DNA of 64,000 nt from an uncultured Actinomycetes bacterium (GTDB taxonomy: Bacteria > Actinomycetota > Thermoleophilia > UBA2241), in contig CAVRZA010000002.1 in the NCBI GenBank assembly GCA_963725665.1, forward strand, positions 529,062 through 593,061, read 5' to 3'. A model generated the notes under the pieces. It saw only the letters and a program-made list of their open reading frames with translations, was not told the DNA's origin and ran no database searches. Shown in pieces: positions 41,038-51,474 of this stretch (its first letter is position 1; each line of letters begins with the position of its first letter). Made by a program: the position numbers and the translations under genes.

Positions 41038-43218
41038 ATGGCGCGGCGCAAGAAACGCGAGGGGCAGAGCCTTCACAGGGTGCTGGGCGTGCCTGCGCTC
41101 TTCAGCACCGCCTACGGCAACGTCGGCTCTTCGATCTACTACGCCCTCGGCGTCGTCGCGCTGTCGGCGCTGGGACTCACACCACTCGTCTTCCTGCTGA
41201 CCGGGCTGCTGTTCGCCACGACCGCCTGGTCGTACGCCGAGGCGACCGCCATGCTGCCCGAGGCGGGCGGCTCGTCAAGCTTCGCGCGTCGTGCCTTCAA
41301 CGAGTTCTGGAGCTTCGGGGCCGGCTGGGCGCTGATGCTCGACTACATCATCACCATCGCCATCTCGGCCTTCTTCGTGCCCAACTACCTGGCGGCCTTT
41401 TGGCCGGTCCTCAAGTTCTGGCCGTACAACTCGATCGGCGGCATCATCGTCATCGCGTTCCTCGTGGTCATCAACGTGATCGGCATCAAAGAGGCCGCGC
41501 GCCTGAACGTCGTCCTGGCCGTCCTCGACCTCTTCACCCAGGTCCTCATCATGATCGTCGGGGTGATCCTGCTGCTCGCACCACGCCTGCTGCTGGACCA
41601 GATTCACCTCTGGACGGCGCCGACGTTCAAGCAGTTCGTCTACGGCATCTCCATCGGTACGGTCGCCTACACGGGCATCGAGACCATCTCCAACATGTCC
41701 GAAGAAGCGGCCAACCCGAATCGCGACGTCCCGCGCTCGATCAACATGGTGCTCGCCGTGGTCCTCGTGGTGTACCTGGGCATGTCGCTCGTAGCTCTTT
41801 CGGCCATGCCGGTGCGCTACAACGTCCTCCCGTACGACCCGGCCAGCGGGAAGACCCAAGCCGTGCCGGTCGTGCAGGGTATCGGCTTGCCGGACGGGGA
41901 GTACGTCTTCAAGAACGATCCTCGGCAGAAGGTGTACATACCAGTCAAGGATCCCGGGGCAAGCGAGACGGTCATCGAGCCGACGAAGCCCAATGGCGAC
42001 GTCTACCAACTCAACGGGCGACCCGTGACCAACGTGTACGGCACGCTGCTGGGCAGCGTGTATCTGCAAGACCCCGTGCAAGGAGTCGTCACCCACATGC
42101 CGGCGGAGCTCTCCTGGCTCAAGGCGATCCTCAAGCCGTGGGTCGGTATCCTGGCCGCCACCATCCTGGTAATCGCCACCAACGCCGGCATCATCGGTGT
42201 CTCCCGTCTCACGTACTCGCTGGCGCAGCACCGTCAGGTGCCACCGATCCTCGGTCGCGTGCACGTCACGCGAATGACGCCGTACGTCGCCATCGTCGTC
42301 TTCGGCGTGGTCGCTTCCATTCTGATCGTGCCCGGGAGCACAGCGTTGCTCGCCGACCTCTACGCATTCGGGGCCATGCTGTCGTTCACGGCAGCCCACG
42401 TGTCGGTGATCCGGCTGCGGCTCAAGGAGCCGAGTCTAGAGCGGCCGTTCCGTGCGCCGTTGAACATCCCCTTCCGGGGCACGACCGTGCCGCTCACCGC
42501 AGTCGTCGGCGCTGTGGGCACGTTCTCGGTATGGATCGTCGTCGTGTTGACGCACGCGGAGGGACGTGCCGTAGGCCTGACGTGGATGGCTGCCGGTCTC
42601 GTGACGTACGTCATCTATCGCAAGGCGAAAGGCCTGTCTCTGACGGAGACGGTCAAGGCGGCTCCTCTGCCGGCCTACGTGCAGGCGGACATCGTCTACG
42701 ACCAGCTCCTCGTGCCCCTCGTGGGCTCTCAGGTGACCGATGAGATGGTGGTGCTCGCCTGTCAGCTCGCCACTGAGCGCAACTCGTCCATCGACGCTCT
42801 CTACGTGATCGAGGTGCCGATGAACCTGCCGCTCGACGCACGGCTGACCCAGGAACGCGAGAGGGCCAAGCAGGTGCTCGACCGCGCGGCCGTCATCGCC
42901 GACCAGTTCGGCGTGAAGATGACGCCCATCGTCGTGACGGCGCGGCAGGCCGGACGGGCGATCTGCGAAGAAGCGGCGGCGAGGCGCTCGGAGGTCATCA
43001 TCCTCGGTGCCGCGCGCAAGCGTCGCATCGCCGAGCGCGTGTTCGGGCGCACGATCGATTACGTTCTGGATCAGGCGCCCTGCGAGGTGCTGATCAACGT
43101 CGTGACCAAGGGGTATGGAGAGCAGTCCGAGCAGCTCGCGGCCGTCGGCGCCGTCGCGGAACCGGCCCTCGAGGACCCGCCTGGCGAGCCGTCGCGAGCC
43201 CCGACCGGAGAGGCGTAA
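41038..43218 (+). CDS. APC-family permease fused to a C-terminal universal stress protein domain (copy 1)
   Basis: AYGNVGSSIYY, EAGG, YTGIE, GVSRL; USP tail (LLVPLVG..FGRTIDYVLDQAPCEVL). Confidence 0.88.
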   Translation: MARRKKREGQSLHRVLGVPALFSTAYGNVGSSIYYALGVVALSALGLTPLVFLLTGLLFATTAWSYAEATAMLPEAGGSSSFARRAFNEFWSFGAGWALMLDYIITIAISAFFVPNYLAAFWPVLKFWPYNSIGGIIVIAFLVVINVIGIKEAARLNVVLAVLDLFTQVLIMIVGVILLLAPRLLLDQIHLWTAPTFKQFVYGISIGTVAYTGIETISNMSEEAANPNRDVPRSINMVLAVVLVVYLGMSLVALSAMPVRYNVLPYDPASGKTQAVPVVQGIGLPDGEYVFKNDPRQKVYIPVKDPGASETVIEPTKPNGDVYQLNGRPVTNVYGTLLGSVYLQDPVQGVVTHMPAELSWLKAILKPWVGILAATILVIATNAGIIGVSRLTYSLAQHRQVPPILGRVHVTRMTPYVAIVVFGVVASILIVPGSTALLADLYAFGAMLSFTAAHVSVIRLRLKEPSLERPFRAPLNIPFRGTTVPLTAVVGAVGTFSVWIVVVLTHAEGRAVGLTWMAAGLVTYVIYRKAKGLSLTETVKAAPLPAYVQADIVYDQLLVPLVGSQVTDEMVVLACQLATERNSSIDALYVIEVPMNLPLDARLTQERERAKQVLDRAAVIADQFGVKMTPIVVTARQAGRAICEEAAARRSEVIILGAARKRRIAERVFGRTIDYVLDQAPCEVLINVVTKGYGEQSEQLAAVGAVAEPALEDPPGEPSRAPTGEA

Positions 43219-43226
43219 GGGGCACC

Positions 43227-45386
43227 GTGGCGCGCCGCAAGCATCCGGAACCGAGGGTGCCGGGAGCGGGTCTGCGAGGCGGCCGCCTGTTCGGTGTCGC
43301 CTACGGTCACGTGGGCTGGGCGGTCCTGTGGACACTGGGCCTCGTGGGGCTCTACGCGCTCGGCGTCAGCCCCATCGTCTTCTTGGTGGCCGGCGCGCTG
43401 CTCGCCGTCACCTGCCTGTCGTACGCGGAGCTCGTCTCCGCCCTTCCCGCAGCGGGCGGGGCGGCGGGCTTCGGCGCCCGTGCCCTGAACCAGCTCGTGG
43501 GCTTTGCCGCCGGATGGGGCCTCCTCCTTGACAGCGTCATCCTCGCTTCCCTGGCCGCCTTGTTCGTACCGCACTATCTGGCCGTGTTCTGGCCCACGTT
43601 GAGCGGACGGCCATACGACGGTATCGCGGCTGCCGTGACCCTCGCCCTCCTCGTCGTGCTCGGCGTCGTCGGTCTGAGGAGCCCCGGCTGGATCGTCGGT
43701 GTGCCGGCCATCCTGGCGCTCGTGACCGAGGCGTTCCTCATCGTGATCGGGCTGATCCTGACGTTCTCGCCGAAGGTCGTCGTGGACCAGATCGATCTCG
43801 GCGTGGCCCCGACGTGGGCGCACCTCTTCTACGCCATCCCGATCGCGGTCGCCGCGTTTGCGGGTATCGATGCCGTCTCGAGCATGACCGAGGACGTCGC
43901 TCAGCCGCAGGTCAGAGTGCCCGCCGTCCTCTCCCGCTCGCTGCCGCTGGCGGCGGTCGTGAGCATCCTTCTCAGCCTTGTCGCTCTCTCCGCTCTGCCC
44001 GTGTCGTCGAACGTCGTGCCGGTGGACACCACCACGGGACGTACCGTCCCGGTCGCGGTGCTTCCGGCCGGCGATGGTGACGGCTACGTCTTGGCCGGTG
44101 ATCGGGGTACCGTCGTCGTCTTGCCCGTCGAGAAGCACGGAACCTCGTACGTCATCCCGGCCCAGCGTCCTACGGGCCCGGTGTTCCAACAGGCTGGCCG
44201 GACGATGACTCGCATCTTCGGCACGCAGGTCGGGGGTGCCTACCTGGAGGATCCCCTCGAGGGGATCGTGGCCGCAGTGCCCAAGGAGGCGGGTTGGCTG
44301 AGGGACTTGATGCGGCCCTTGGTCGCGGCTCTTGCTGCGGCGGTCCTCCTCGTGGCGGCGTTCTTGACGCTCGCCGGCTCGTCCCGACTGCTGTACGGGC
44401 TCGCGCGCGAGCGGCAACTACCGGCTCTCTTCGGCCGGGTCTACGCGACGAGCATGAGGCCCTACGTGAGCATCACACTGTGCGGTCTCGCCGCCGTCGC
44501 TCTCGTGTTGCCCGGGCGTGCGCTCCTCTTGGCCGAGCTGCTCGGCTTCGGCTTCGCGCTGACGATCGTCGTCGTGAATCTGGCGGCCGTCGCCCTGCGC
44601 TACCGGGAGCCGGGCCTCGCGCGACCCTTCCGCATGCCGGGGAACGTGAGGGTCCGGGGCGGCTCTCTGCCGGTGTTGGCGATCGCCGGTGCGGTGGGTG
44701 GCTTGGCGGTCTGGGCGGCGATGATCGTCACCCACCCCGTCGGGCGCTGGACCGGGTTCGCATGGATGGGTGCGGGCCTCCTCGTCTACGTGCTGTACAG
44801 GAGGGCGGCGGGCTATCCGCTCCTTCGTCCGGCAGCCGGCGTTCGTCTGCCGAAAGCGGCCGCCGTCGACGTCGTGTACGACCAGATCCTGGTCCCGGTG
44901 ATCGGCACGAGGCTCACCGACGAGATGCTCGTCCTCGCTTGCCAGTTGGCGACGGAGAAGGCGTCCTCCATCGATGCCTTGAACGTCCTCGAAGTGCCTC
45001 TGGACCAGCCGCTCGACGCCGCTCTCGACCTCGAGCGGCGCCGGGCGCAGAAGATCGTCGAACTCGCCACCGCCACGGCGGGCGAGTTCGGCGTCGAGGC
45101 GCGCGGCAACGTCGTCGCTGCGCGCAGCGCGGGCAAGGCTATCGTCGACTTCGCCACGCAGCGCAAGTCTGAGGTCATCTTCCTGGGGGCGCCGAGGAAG
45201 CGGCGGACCCAGGATCGCATCTTCGGAGACACCGTGTCGTACGTGTTGCGGCACGCACCCTGCGAGGTCATAGTTAACCTCGTGCCGTCAGGCTATCCAC
45301 TGGGTGGATCGGCCGACGAGGTCCTCTTGTCTCTTACCAGTGACCCCGGCGGCGACGACGCCAGTGACGCGCCAGAGAGGAAGTGA
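43227..45386 (+). CDS. APC-family permease-USP fusion (divergent paralog, copy 2)
   Basis: Colinear with copy 1 along its length; USP tail FGDTVSYVLRHAPCEV. Confidence 0.86.
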   Translation: MARRKHPEPRVPGAGLRGGRLFGVAYGHVGWAVLWTLGLVGLYALGVSPIVFLVAGALLAVTCLSYAELVSALPAAGGAAGFGARALNQLVGFAAGWGLLLDSVILASLAALFVPHYLAVFWPTLSGRPYDGIAAAVTLALLVVLGVVGLRSPGWIVGVPAILALVTEAFLIVIGLILTFSPKVVVDQIDLGVAPTWAHLFYAIPIAVAAFAGIDAVSSMTEDVAQPQVRVPAVLSRSLPLAAVVSILLSLVALSALPVSSNVVPVDTTTGRTVPVAVLPAGDGDGYVLAGDRGTVVVLPVEKHGTSYVIPAQRPTGPVFQQAGRTMTRIFGTQVGGAYLEDPLEGIVAAVPKEAGWLRDLMRPLVAALAAAVLLVAAFLTLAGSSRLLYGLARERQLPALFGRVYATSMRPYVSITLCGLAAVALVLPGRALLLAELLGFGFALTIVVVNLAAVALRYREPGLARPFRMPGNVRVRGGSLPVLAIAGAVGGLAVWAAMIVTHPVGRWTGFAWMGAGLLVYVLYRRAAGYPLLRPAAGVRLPKAAAVDVVYDQILVPVIGTRLTDEMLVLACQLATEKASSIDALNVLEVPLDQPLDAALDLERRRAQKIVELATATAGEFGVEARGNVVAARSAGKAIVDFATQRKSEVIFLGAPRKRRTQDRIFGDTVSYVLRHAPCEVIVNLVPSGYPLGGSADEVLLSLTSDPGGDDASDAPERK

Positions 45387-45395
45387 ACGAGAGAG

Positions 45396-45818
45396 ATGTA
45401 TGTGGTCATCGCGGGCTGTGGACGTGTGGGCTCGGGGATCGCCAAGGTGCTCGTGGCCGAAGGCCACGACGTGACCGTCATCGACGAGAGCGACGACTCG
45501 TTCGAGCTGCTCGGCGACGACTTCCCCGGGCGGTTCGTGACCGGTGCAGCCATCGACTGGGATGTGCTCAAGGAGGCCGGCATCGAGGGCGCGGACGCCT
45601 TCGTCGCCGTCACCGACGGCGACAACACCAACATCGTGTGCGCCCAGATCGCTCAGGAGGAGTTCGAGGTCACCTGCTCGGTCGCCAGGGTGTACGACCC
45701 CGCGCGCGCCGAGCTCTTCGCCGCCACAGGTGTGCGCACGGTCTGTCCCACGCGGGATGCGCGGTCGTTGCTGCTCGACGCCGTCCACTCCTGTCAGTTG
45801 CCGCAGAGGGAGAAGTAG
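45396..45818 (+). CDS. TrkA-N (RCK_N-only) protein
   Basis: GCGRVG Rossmann motif, TDGDNTN. Confidence 0.88.
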   Translation: MYVVIAGCGRVGSGIAKVLVAEGHDVTVIDESDDSFELLGDDFPGRFVTGAAIDWDVLKEAGIEGADAFVAVTDGDNTNIVCAQIAQEEFEVTCSVARVYDPARAELFAATGVRTVCPTRDARSLLLDAVHSCQLPQREK

Positions 45819-45821
45819 GCC

Positions 45822-46532
45822 ATGTTCGTGCTCATCGTCGGCGCCGGCAAAGTCGGTCTCAACACCGCCCGGAGCCTTACCCACATGGGTCATGAGGTGA
45901 TCGTCGTCGAGCAGCGACGCATGCGCTACAACCTGCTGCTGCCCGAGCTCGAGGAGAAGCTGCTCTTCGGCGACGGCACCGAGATCTACGTCCTCGAGAG
46001 GGCCGGGATCGCCAGGGCCGACATGGTGGCTGCGGTGACGGGCGACGACGAGGACAACGTCATCATCGCGGAGATAGCCCGGCTCAAGTACAAGGTGCCG
46101 AAGGTCGTCGCGCGCGTGAACAACCCGCGCAACCAGGCCACCTTCGACCTGCTCGGCGTCGATGCCACCGTGTGTGCGGCGACGCTGCTCATCTCGCTGA
46201 TCCAGCACGAGCTTCCCGTGCACAAGTACGTGCCGATGCTGAAGTTCAAGCGGGAGGGCGTCGAGCTGGTCGAGCTCCAAGTGAGCGAGGAGTCCCCGTT
46301 CGCCAACCGCACCATCCGCGACATCCAGCTTCCCGAAGGGGTGCTGCTCATCGCCATCCTGCGCACCGACGAGACGCTGCTCGCCCGCGGGAGCGAGACG
46401 CTGCTGCCCGACGACCACGTGCTGTGTCTGCTGGACCCGGCCAAGGAGAAGGAGCTCATCCACATCTTCTTGCCTAGCGAGCGGCCTGAGGACGTGCAGG
46501 CCGAGACGGGCATCGACGTGCTCACCGACTAG
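45822..46532 (+). CDS. TrkA-family RCK_N + RCK_C protein
   Basis: GAGKVG, GDGT, TGDDEDN, C-terminal TrkA-C domain. Confidence 0.9.
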   Translation: MFVLIVGAGKVGLNTARSLTHMGHEVIVVEQRRMRYNLLLPELEEKLLFGDGTEIYVLERAGIARADMVAAVTGDDEDNVIIAEIARLKYKVPKVVARVNNPRNQATFDLLGVDATVCAATLLISLIQHELPVHKYVPMLKFKREGVELVELQVSEESPFANRTIRDIQLPEGVLLIAILRTDETLLARGSETLLPDDHVLCLLDPAKEKELIHIFLPSERPEDVQAETGIDVLTD

Positions 46533-46591
46533 AGCGACGCGGTGGGTTAGCCAGCGGCGAGAGACTCTGCGACCCCGGGCGGGGGGGTGCC

Positions 46592-47941
46592 GTGAAGATC
46601 ATCGTGGTCGGCGCGGGGATCCTTGGGTTCCACGCGGCCAAGAGGCTTTCCGAGGAAGGCCACGACGTCGTCGTGGTCGACGTGCACGAGGACGAGCTGC
46701 GGCACGCTCAGGATCTCCTCGACGTTCAGACGGTGCTCGGCAAGGGGAGCAACCCCTCGATCCTCGTCGAGGCGGGCCTGCCCACCGCCGACATGCTGGT
46801 CGCCGTCACCGGGAGCGATGAGACCAATATCGTCGCCTGCCTGATCGCGCAGACCGTGTCCAAGAAGGCGGCGCGCGTGGCGCGGCTGCGCGACGCTGCC
46901 TACCTCGGCGCCGCCGGCATCATCGACAAGAGCTCGCTCAGCATCGACCTCGTGATCAGCCCCGAGCAGGAGGTGGCCGGCAACATCGCGCTGCTGGCCG
47001 GGACGCCCGGCGCGTCCGACGTCCTCGACTTCGCAGGGGGGCGTGTGAGGGCGCTGGGGGTCGAGATCGATGCCGACTCGCCGATGGTCGGCAGGTCGCT
47101 CAAGGAGCTGACCAGCCGCGGCGACGAGAAGAGCCTGGCCGCCGGTCTGTACCGGGGCGAGATGGTCACCGCCCCAAGCGACGACGTGCCGATCGCTGCC
47201 GGGGACACCATCTTCGTCGTCGCCGCCCAGGAGTCGGTGCGTCGGGTCATGACACGCCTGGGCAAGCACTGGGCACGCACGCGGCACGTGTTGATCTGCG
47301 GCGGTGGCCGCCTCGGCGTGGCCATCGCCCGGCGTCTCGCCGCCGACGGGGTGCACACCAAGATCATCGAGAGCGATCGCGCGACCTGCGAGAGGCTGGC
47401 GGAGACGCTCGACGACACCGTGGTGCTGTACGGCGACGGCATGGACGAGAGCCTGCTACAAGACGAGGGACTGCAGCGTGTCGATATGTTCGTCTCGGCG
47501 GTGGAGGACGAGAAGGAGAACGTGCTCACCGCGCTGCTTGCCAGGCGTCTCGGGGCCAAGCGCGTGGTATCGCTCGTCAACTCCATGGCCTACATGCCGT
47601 TCGCTTCCAGCGCGGGGGTAGACGTGGTCCTGAGCCCGATGCTGACGGCGTTGGGCCCGATCCTTCAGCTCGTCAGGCGGGGGAACGTGGTCTCGGTGCA
47701 GACCCTGCGCGAGGGGCTCGTCGAGGGTATCGAGTTCATCGCCACCGAAGGCTCCGAGATCGTCGGCCTGCCCCTGGCCTTGTTGCACATGCCGCGTGGG
47801 TCGATGGTCGGCTCGATCGTCAGGCAGGACGAGGTGATCGTCCCCGACGGCAGCACGGTCGTCGAGATCGGCGACCGTGTCATCCTCTTCGCTCGCCCGC
47901 AGCTCGTGCCTCGGCTGCAGAGGCTGTTGTCGGCGCGCTAG
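46592..47941 (+). CDS. trkA: Trk system K+ uptake protein TrkA (tandem RCK)
   Basis: Two Rossmann repeats (GAGILG, GGGRLG), SDETN, ISPE. Confidence 0.92.
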   Translation: MKIIVVGAGILGFHAAKRLSEEGHDVVVVDVHEDELRHAQDLLDVQTVLGKGSNPSILVEAGLPTADMLVAVTGSDETNIVACLIAQTVSKKAARVARLRDAAYLGAAGIIDKSSLSIDLVISPEQEVAGNIALLAGTPGASDVLDFAGGRVRALGVEIDADSPMVGRSLKELTSRGDEKSLAAGLYRGEMVTAPSDDVPIAAGDTIFVVAAQESVRRVMTRLGKHWARTRHVLICGGGRLGVAIARRLAADGVHTKIIESDRATCERLAETLDDTVVLYGDGMDESLLQDEGLQRVDMFVSAVEDEKENVLTALLARRLGAKRVVSLVNSMAYMPFASSAGVDVVLSPMLTALGPILQLVRRGNVVSVQTLREGLVEGIEFIATEGSEIVGLPLALLHMPRGSMVGSIVRQDEVIVPDGSTVVEIGDRVILFARPQLVPRLQRLLSAR

Positions 47942-49458
47942 TGCCGGGCCCGTCCTCCATAGATCTGGACGCGTCACTCCTCGGTCGGCCGTCGAGCGCC
48001 GCGGTCGATCTGGGAGCAGTGCGCCGGGTCTCCTTCTTGCTGTGCGGTCTGTTGCTGCTGCTCTCGGGGGCGCTCTTTGCACCACTGGCGGTTGCCATCG
48101 GGTACGGGGAGGATCGCACGACGCGGGCGTTCATCTACACGATCGCCATCGGCGCCGGAGTAGGCCTCACCGGCATCCTCCTGTCTCGCACCGACCTTGG
48201 CGGTCTCACGCGTCGCGAGGGGTTCGCCGTCGTGGCTCTCGGCTGGACGCTCGCGTGCCTCGTGGGGACGCTTCCCTTCTACTTCTCGGGCACGCTGGGC
48301 CTCGTCGACAGTTGGTTCGAGTGCGTGAGCGGGTTCTCCGGGACCGGCTCGAGCGTCATCAAGAACGTCGAGGCGGTGTCGAAGGGCGTGCTGTTCTGGC
48401 GCGACTTCACACACTGGCTGGGCGGTATGGGCTTCGTGGCCCTGTACATCGCGTTGTTCCCGTTGCTGGGCGTCGGCGCCATGAAGCTGTACACGGCGGA
48501 GTCGCCCGGTCCGGAGAAAGGGCGGCTCACGCCGCGCATCCGCGAGACGGCGAAGATCCTCTGGCTGATCTACGTGGGCCTCTCCGTCGCTCTGACGCTC
48601 CTGCTGCTGGCCGGGGGCATGAGCTGGTTCGATGCCCTCTGTCAGATGTTCGCGGCCATCGGGACCGGCGGCTTCACCACGAAGAACGCCAGCATCGGCG
48701 CCTTTCACAGCGCGTACATCGAGTGGGTCATCATCGTCTTCCTGTGGCTCGCGGCGACGAACTTCTCGCTGCACTACGCCGTCATCATGGGCAGGCCGGG
48801 GCGTCTCTTCAGAGACCCGGAGTGGCGCTTCTTCACGCTGGCGCTCATCCTGTTCAGCGGCGTGATCACCGTGGGATTGTTGATCACGACCAGCGATCCG
48901 TTCACAACCAGTCTGCGCAACGCGACCTTCACCGTCGTCTCTCTGGCGACGACGACGGGCTTCGTCACGGCCGACTACGAGAAGTGGTTCTTCCTTTCAC
49001 AGTTCATGCTCTTCCTGCTTCTGTTCATGGGCGGATGCGCCGGTTCGACGGCCGGGGCGATGAAGGCCGTGCGCGTGCAATTGCTGCTCAAGCAGGTCAA
49101 GGCGAGCGTGTACAGCGTCATCCATCCTCGCGCCGTCACACCTACTCGCTTGGGAGAGAGGGTGATACCGGACGAGATCATGCGGCGAGTGTTCGCCTTC
49201 CTGGGCCTCTACATGTTCGTGTACATCGTCAGCGTGGGCGGCATGTCGCTCGTCGGCCTCAACTTCGAAACGGCACTCTCGGCCGTAGCAACCACCATGG
49301 GCGGGGTCGGACCGGGACTGGCCGACGTGGGTCCGATGGACACGTTCGGCTTCATCCACCCGGTCGGCAAGTTCATCTTGACGTTCGACATGCTCGCCGG
49401 TCGGTTGGAGATCTACACGCTGATACTGATCGCGACACCGGCGTTCTGGATGAGGTGA
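47941..49458 (+). CDS. trkH: Trk system K+ channel TrkH
   Basis: Pore-loop motifs SGTGSS, GTGGF, TTTGF, GVGPG; GGCAGST; GRLEI. Confidence 0.94.
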   Translation: MPGPSSIDLDASLLGRPSSAAVDLGAVRRVSFLLCGLLLLLSGALFAPLAVAIGYGEDRTTRAFIYTIAIGAGVGLTGILLSRTDLGGLTRREGFAVVALGWTLACLVGTLPFYFSGTLGLVDSWFECVSGFSGTGSSVIKNVEAVSKGVLFWRDFTHWLGGMGFVALYIALFPLLGVGAMKLYTAESPGPEKGRLTPRIRETAKILWLIYVGLSVALTLLLLAGGMSWFDALCQMFAAIGTGGFTTKNASIGAFHSAYIEWVIIVFLWLAATNFSLHYAVIMGRPGRLFRDPEWRFFTLALILFSGVITVGLLITTSDPFTTSLRNATFTVVSLATTTGFVTADYEKWFFLSQFMLFLLLFMGGCAGSTAGAMKAVRVQLLLKQVKASVYSVIHPRAVTPTRLGERVIPDEIMRRVFAFLGLYMFVYIVSVGGMSLVGLNFETALSAVATTMGGVGPGLADVGPMDTFGFIHPVGKFILTFDMLAGRLEIYTLILIATPAFWMR

Positions 49459-49713
49459 GCGAGGGTCGCCACGCAGCCCGGTGAAGGGCCGGCAAGCGTC
49501 GGCGGCCGGTCATCTGGCTCGACGACGAAGCGCTCGGGCGGGTCTCGGCCGCCGCTGGTCTGGCGTGGCTGAATAGACCTGCAGTGTGCCCATTAGTTGC
49601 CCGCCGCGCTAGCCCGATGAGGGCTGGCAGACGTCCGTCGCCGGTCGGTTGACCCTCGATGGTGCCGCGGCTACGATAGGGCGCGCTCTGCCGAGCATCC
49701 CTCCTTACCCGGT

Positions 49714-49789
49714 GGCGAGGTAGCTCAGTTGGTAGAGCACATGACTGAAAATCATGGTGTCGGCAGTTCAATTCTGCCCCTCGCCACCA
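49714..49789 (+). tRNA. tRNA-Phe(GAA)
   Basis: GGCGAGG..CCTCGCC stem, CATGA-CTGAAAA-TCATG, CCA. Confidence 0.96.
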
Positions 49790-49974
49790 GAATCTCCCTG
49801 CGTATGGCCCTCTGAGTCTGCGCCGATGTCGGCCGCTGGCGGCAGATCGGCGCTCCGCGCCGACAATCGGTCGACATCGGCTGCCGCGACCCTCTCGGAT
49901 GGCCTTTCCAGGAGATGAGCCGAGCAGTTCTGAGCGCTCAGTCGACGGCAGCTGTGGTGCCGAGCAGCTCGGCG

Positions 49975-50738
49975 CCGCTCGTCAGCGCCAGCGTAGCCGG
50001 CCCCGCGCCGAAGCTATGACAGCGCAGCGGCGACGGCAACGCTCAAGACACCCCGTGCGGGTGACATTGAGACTATTCCAGCGCGGCCTCGCTTCTCGTC
50101 GGCGGGCCGCGCCACTTCCACTTCGCCCGATCAGGCCGCCTTGCCGGTCGGAGGAGCGGGGGCCAGGCCGAGCTGCTGGAGCATGCCCAGGTTATCTTGG
50201 ACGGACCAGTGCTCGACGAGCTTGCCGTCCTTCACGCGGGCGATGTGGACGGCTTCCCAGGTCGCACTCTTGCCGGTCGCCTTCATGCCCATCCAGTCGC
50301 CCTTCATCGTCCCGGTGCTGCGAATGTGCTGCACGACGATGTCGCCCTCGGCGACCTGCCTAATGACGGTGTTCTGGTGGTCCGGGAAGGTGGACCTGAC
50401 AGCCCTGATGAGCGCCTTGACGCCCTCGCGGCCGGGCGGTGACCCGGGGAGTGGGTTGTGGTCGGTCATGTCGGCCGACATGACCTCGTCGATGACGTCC
50501 AGACGGCCCTCGTTGAACGCCTCTAGCGGGATACGGCTCGCAAGCTCCTTGTTTGCTTCAGACATAAACGATGCCTCCTCGAATCGGCTTATCAGATGCG
50601 GTTATGCTTCCCTCTCACGTACTACATGAGTCCCTTTTAGGCAGGGTCCTTGAGCGGACCGGTTGCGCCACAGGCGTAACAGGGAAGTGGTGGGGCGCGA
50701 CTCTCTACCCGCTCGTCCGCGCCAGCGTAGCCGGCCCC
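49975..50738 (+). repeat. 30-bp direct repeat pair (49975-50004, 50709-50738); partial third copy 8556-8582
   Basis: CCGCTCGTC[A/C]GCGCCAGCGTAGCCGGCCCC, one mismatch. Confidence 0.8.
50131..50565 (-). CDS. SnoaL-like ester cyclase (NTF2 fold)
   Basis: MSEANKEL, FPD, VAEGDIVV, ATGK, DGKLVEHW; GGAGG RBS. Confidence 0.88.
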   Translation of the reverse strand: MSEANKELASRIPLEAFNEGRLDVIDEVMSADMTDHNPLPGSPPGREGVKALIRAVRSTFPDHQNTVIRQVAEGDIVVQHIRSTGTMKGDWMGMKATGKSATWEAVHIARVKDGKLVEHWSVQDNLGMLQQLGLAPAPPTGKAA

Positions 50739-50953
50739 TCTCCGAGTTGACCGGCCACAGGTGGCGCACTCTACGGACGATTGGTCGGTCCGAGTGTGAC
50801 GCTCGTGGTTCTATCGAAGCCCGGCATCCTGGACGCAATCGCCGAAACGACCGAGTAGGCCGAGGAGGTTCCCAACGCCACTCTCCGTGCGGGTTGGTCG
50901 TGCGGGAATAGAATCGTGGTGTCCCAGGGGAGAGTCGACGAGGGAGGATGACC

Positions 50954-51274
50954 ATGGCCAAGTATCTCGTACGTGCGACCCTTACATCCGATGGCGTCAA
51001 TGGCCTGCTCAAGGAGGGGGGCAGCCGCCGCCGCGAAGCGGTGACGGCTCTCGCCGAAGGCCTCGGCGGAAGCCTGGAGGTGTTCTACTTCGCCTTCGGC
51101 GACGACGACGTGTACGCGATCCTTGAGCTTCCCGACAACGTCTCGGCGGCAGCGGCGAGTCTCGCGGTCACTGGCTCTGGGGTCGTGCGCTCCAAGGTCG
51201 TCGTGCTGCTGACGCCCGAGGAGGTCGACGAGGCGACGAAGAAGACGGTCACGTACCGCGCCCCGGGCGCGTGA
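50954..51274 (+). CDS. GYD-domain protein
   Basis: GLLKEGGSRR, GGSLEVFYFAFGDDD, LLTPEE, YRAPG. Confidence 0.82.
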   Translation: MAKYLVRATLTSDGVNGLLKEGGSRRREAVTALAEGLGGSLEVFYFAFGDDDVYAILELPDNVSAAAASLAVTGSGVVRSKVVVLLTPEEVDEATKKTVTYRAPGA

Positions 51275-51474
51275 CCGCCGATTGCCGGCGCTGAATCGCG
51301 CCAGCCGCCGCCCCTCTGGGTCTCCAGATCGTAGGCCGCTGAAGGGCCGCACCAAGCGGTTGCCGTCGTCCACGGCGGCAACCGCTCCGGCATGGCCTGA
51401 CGCGGAGGCCCGCCACCCGTGGCCGCGCAATAGCCGCCCTACATCGACGCCCGCATGGGCGAGATCGGAGAGCG

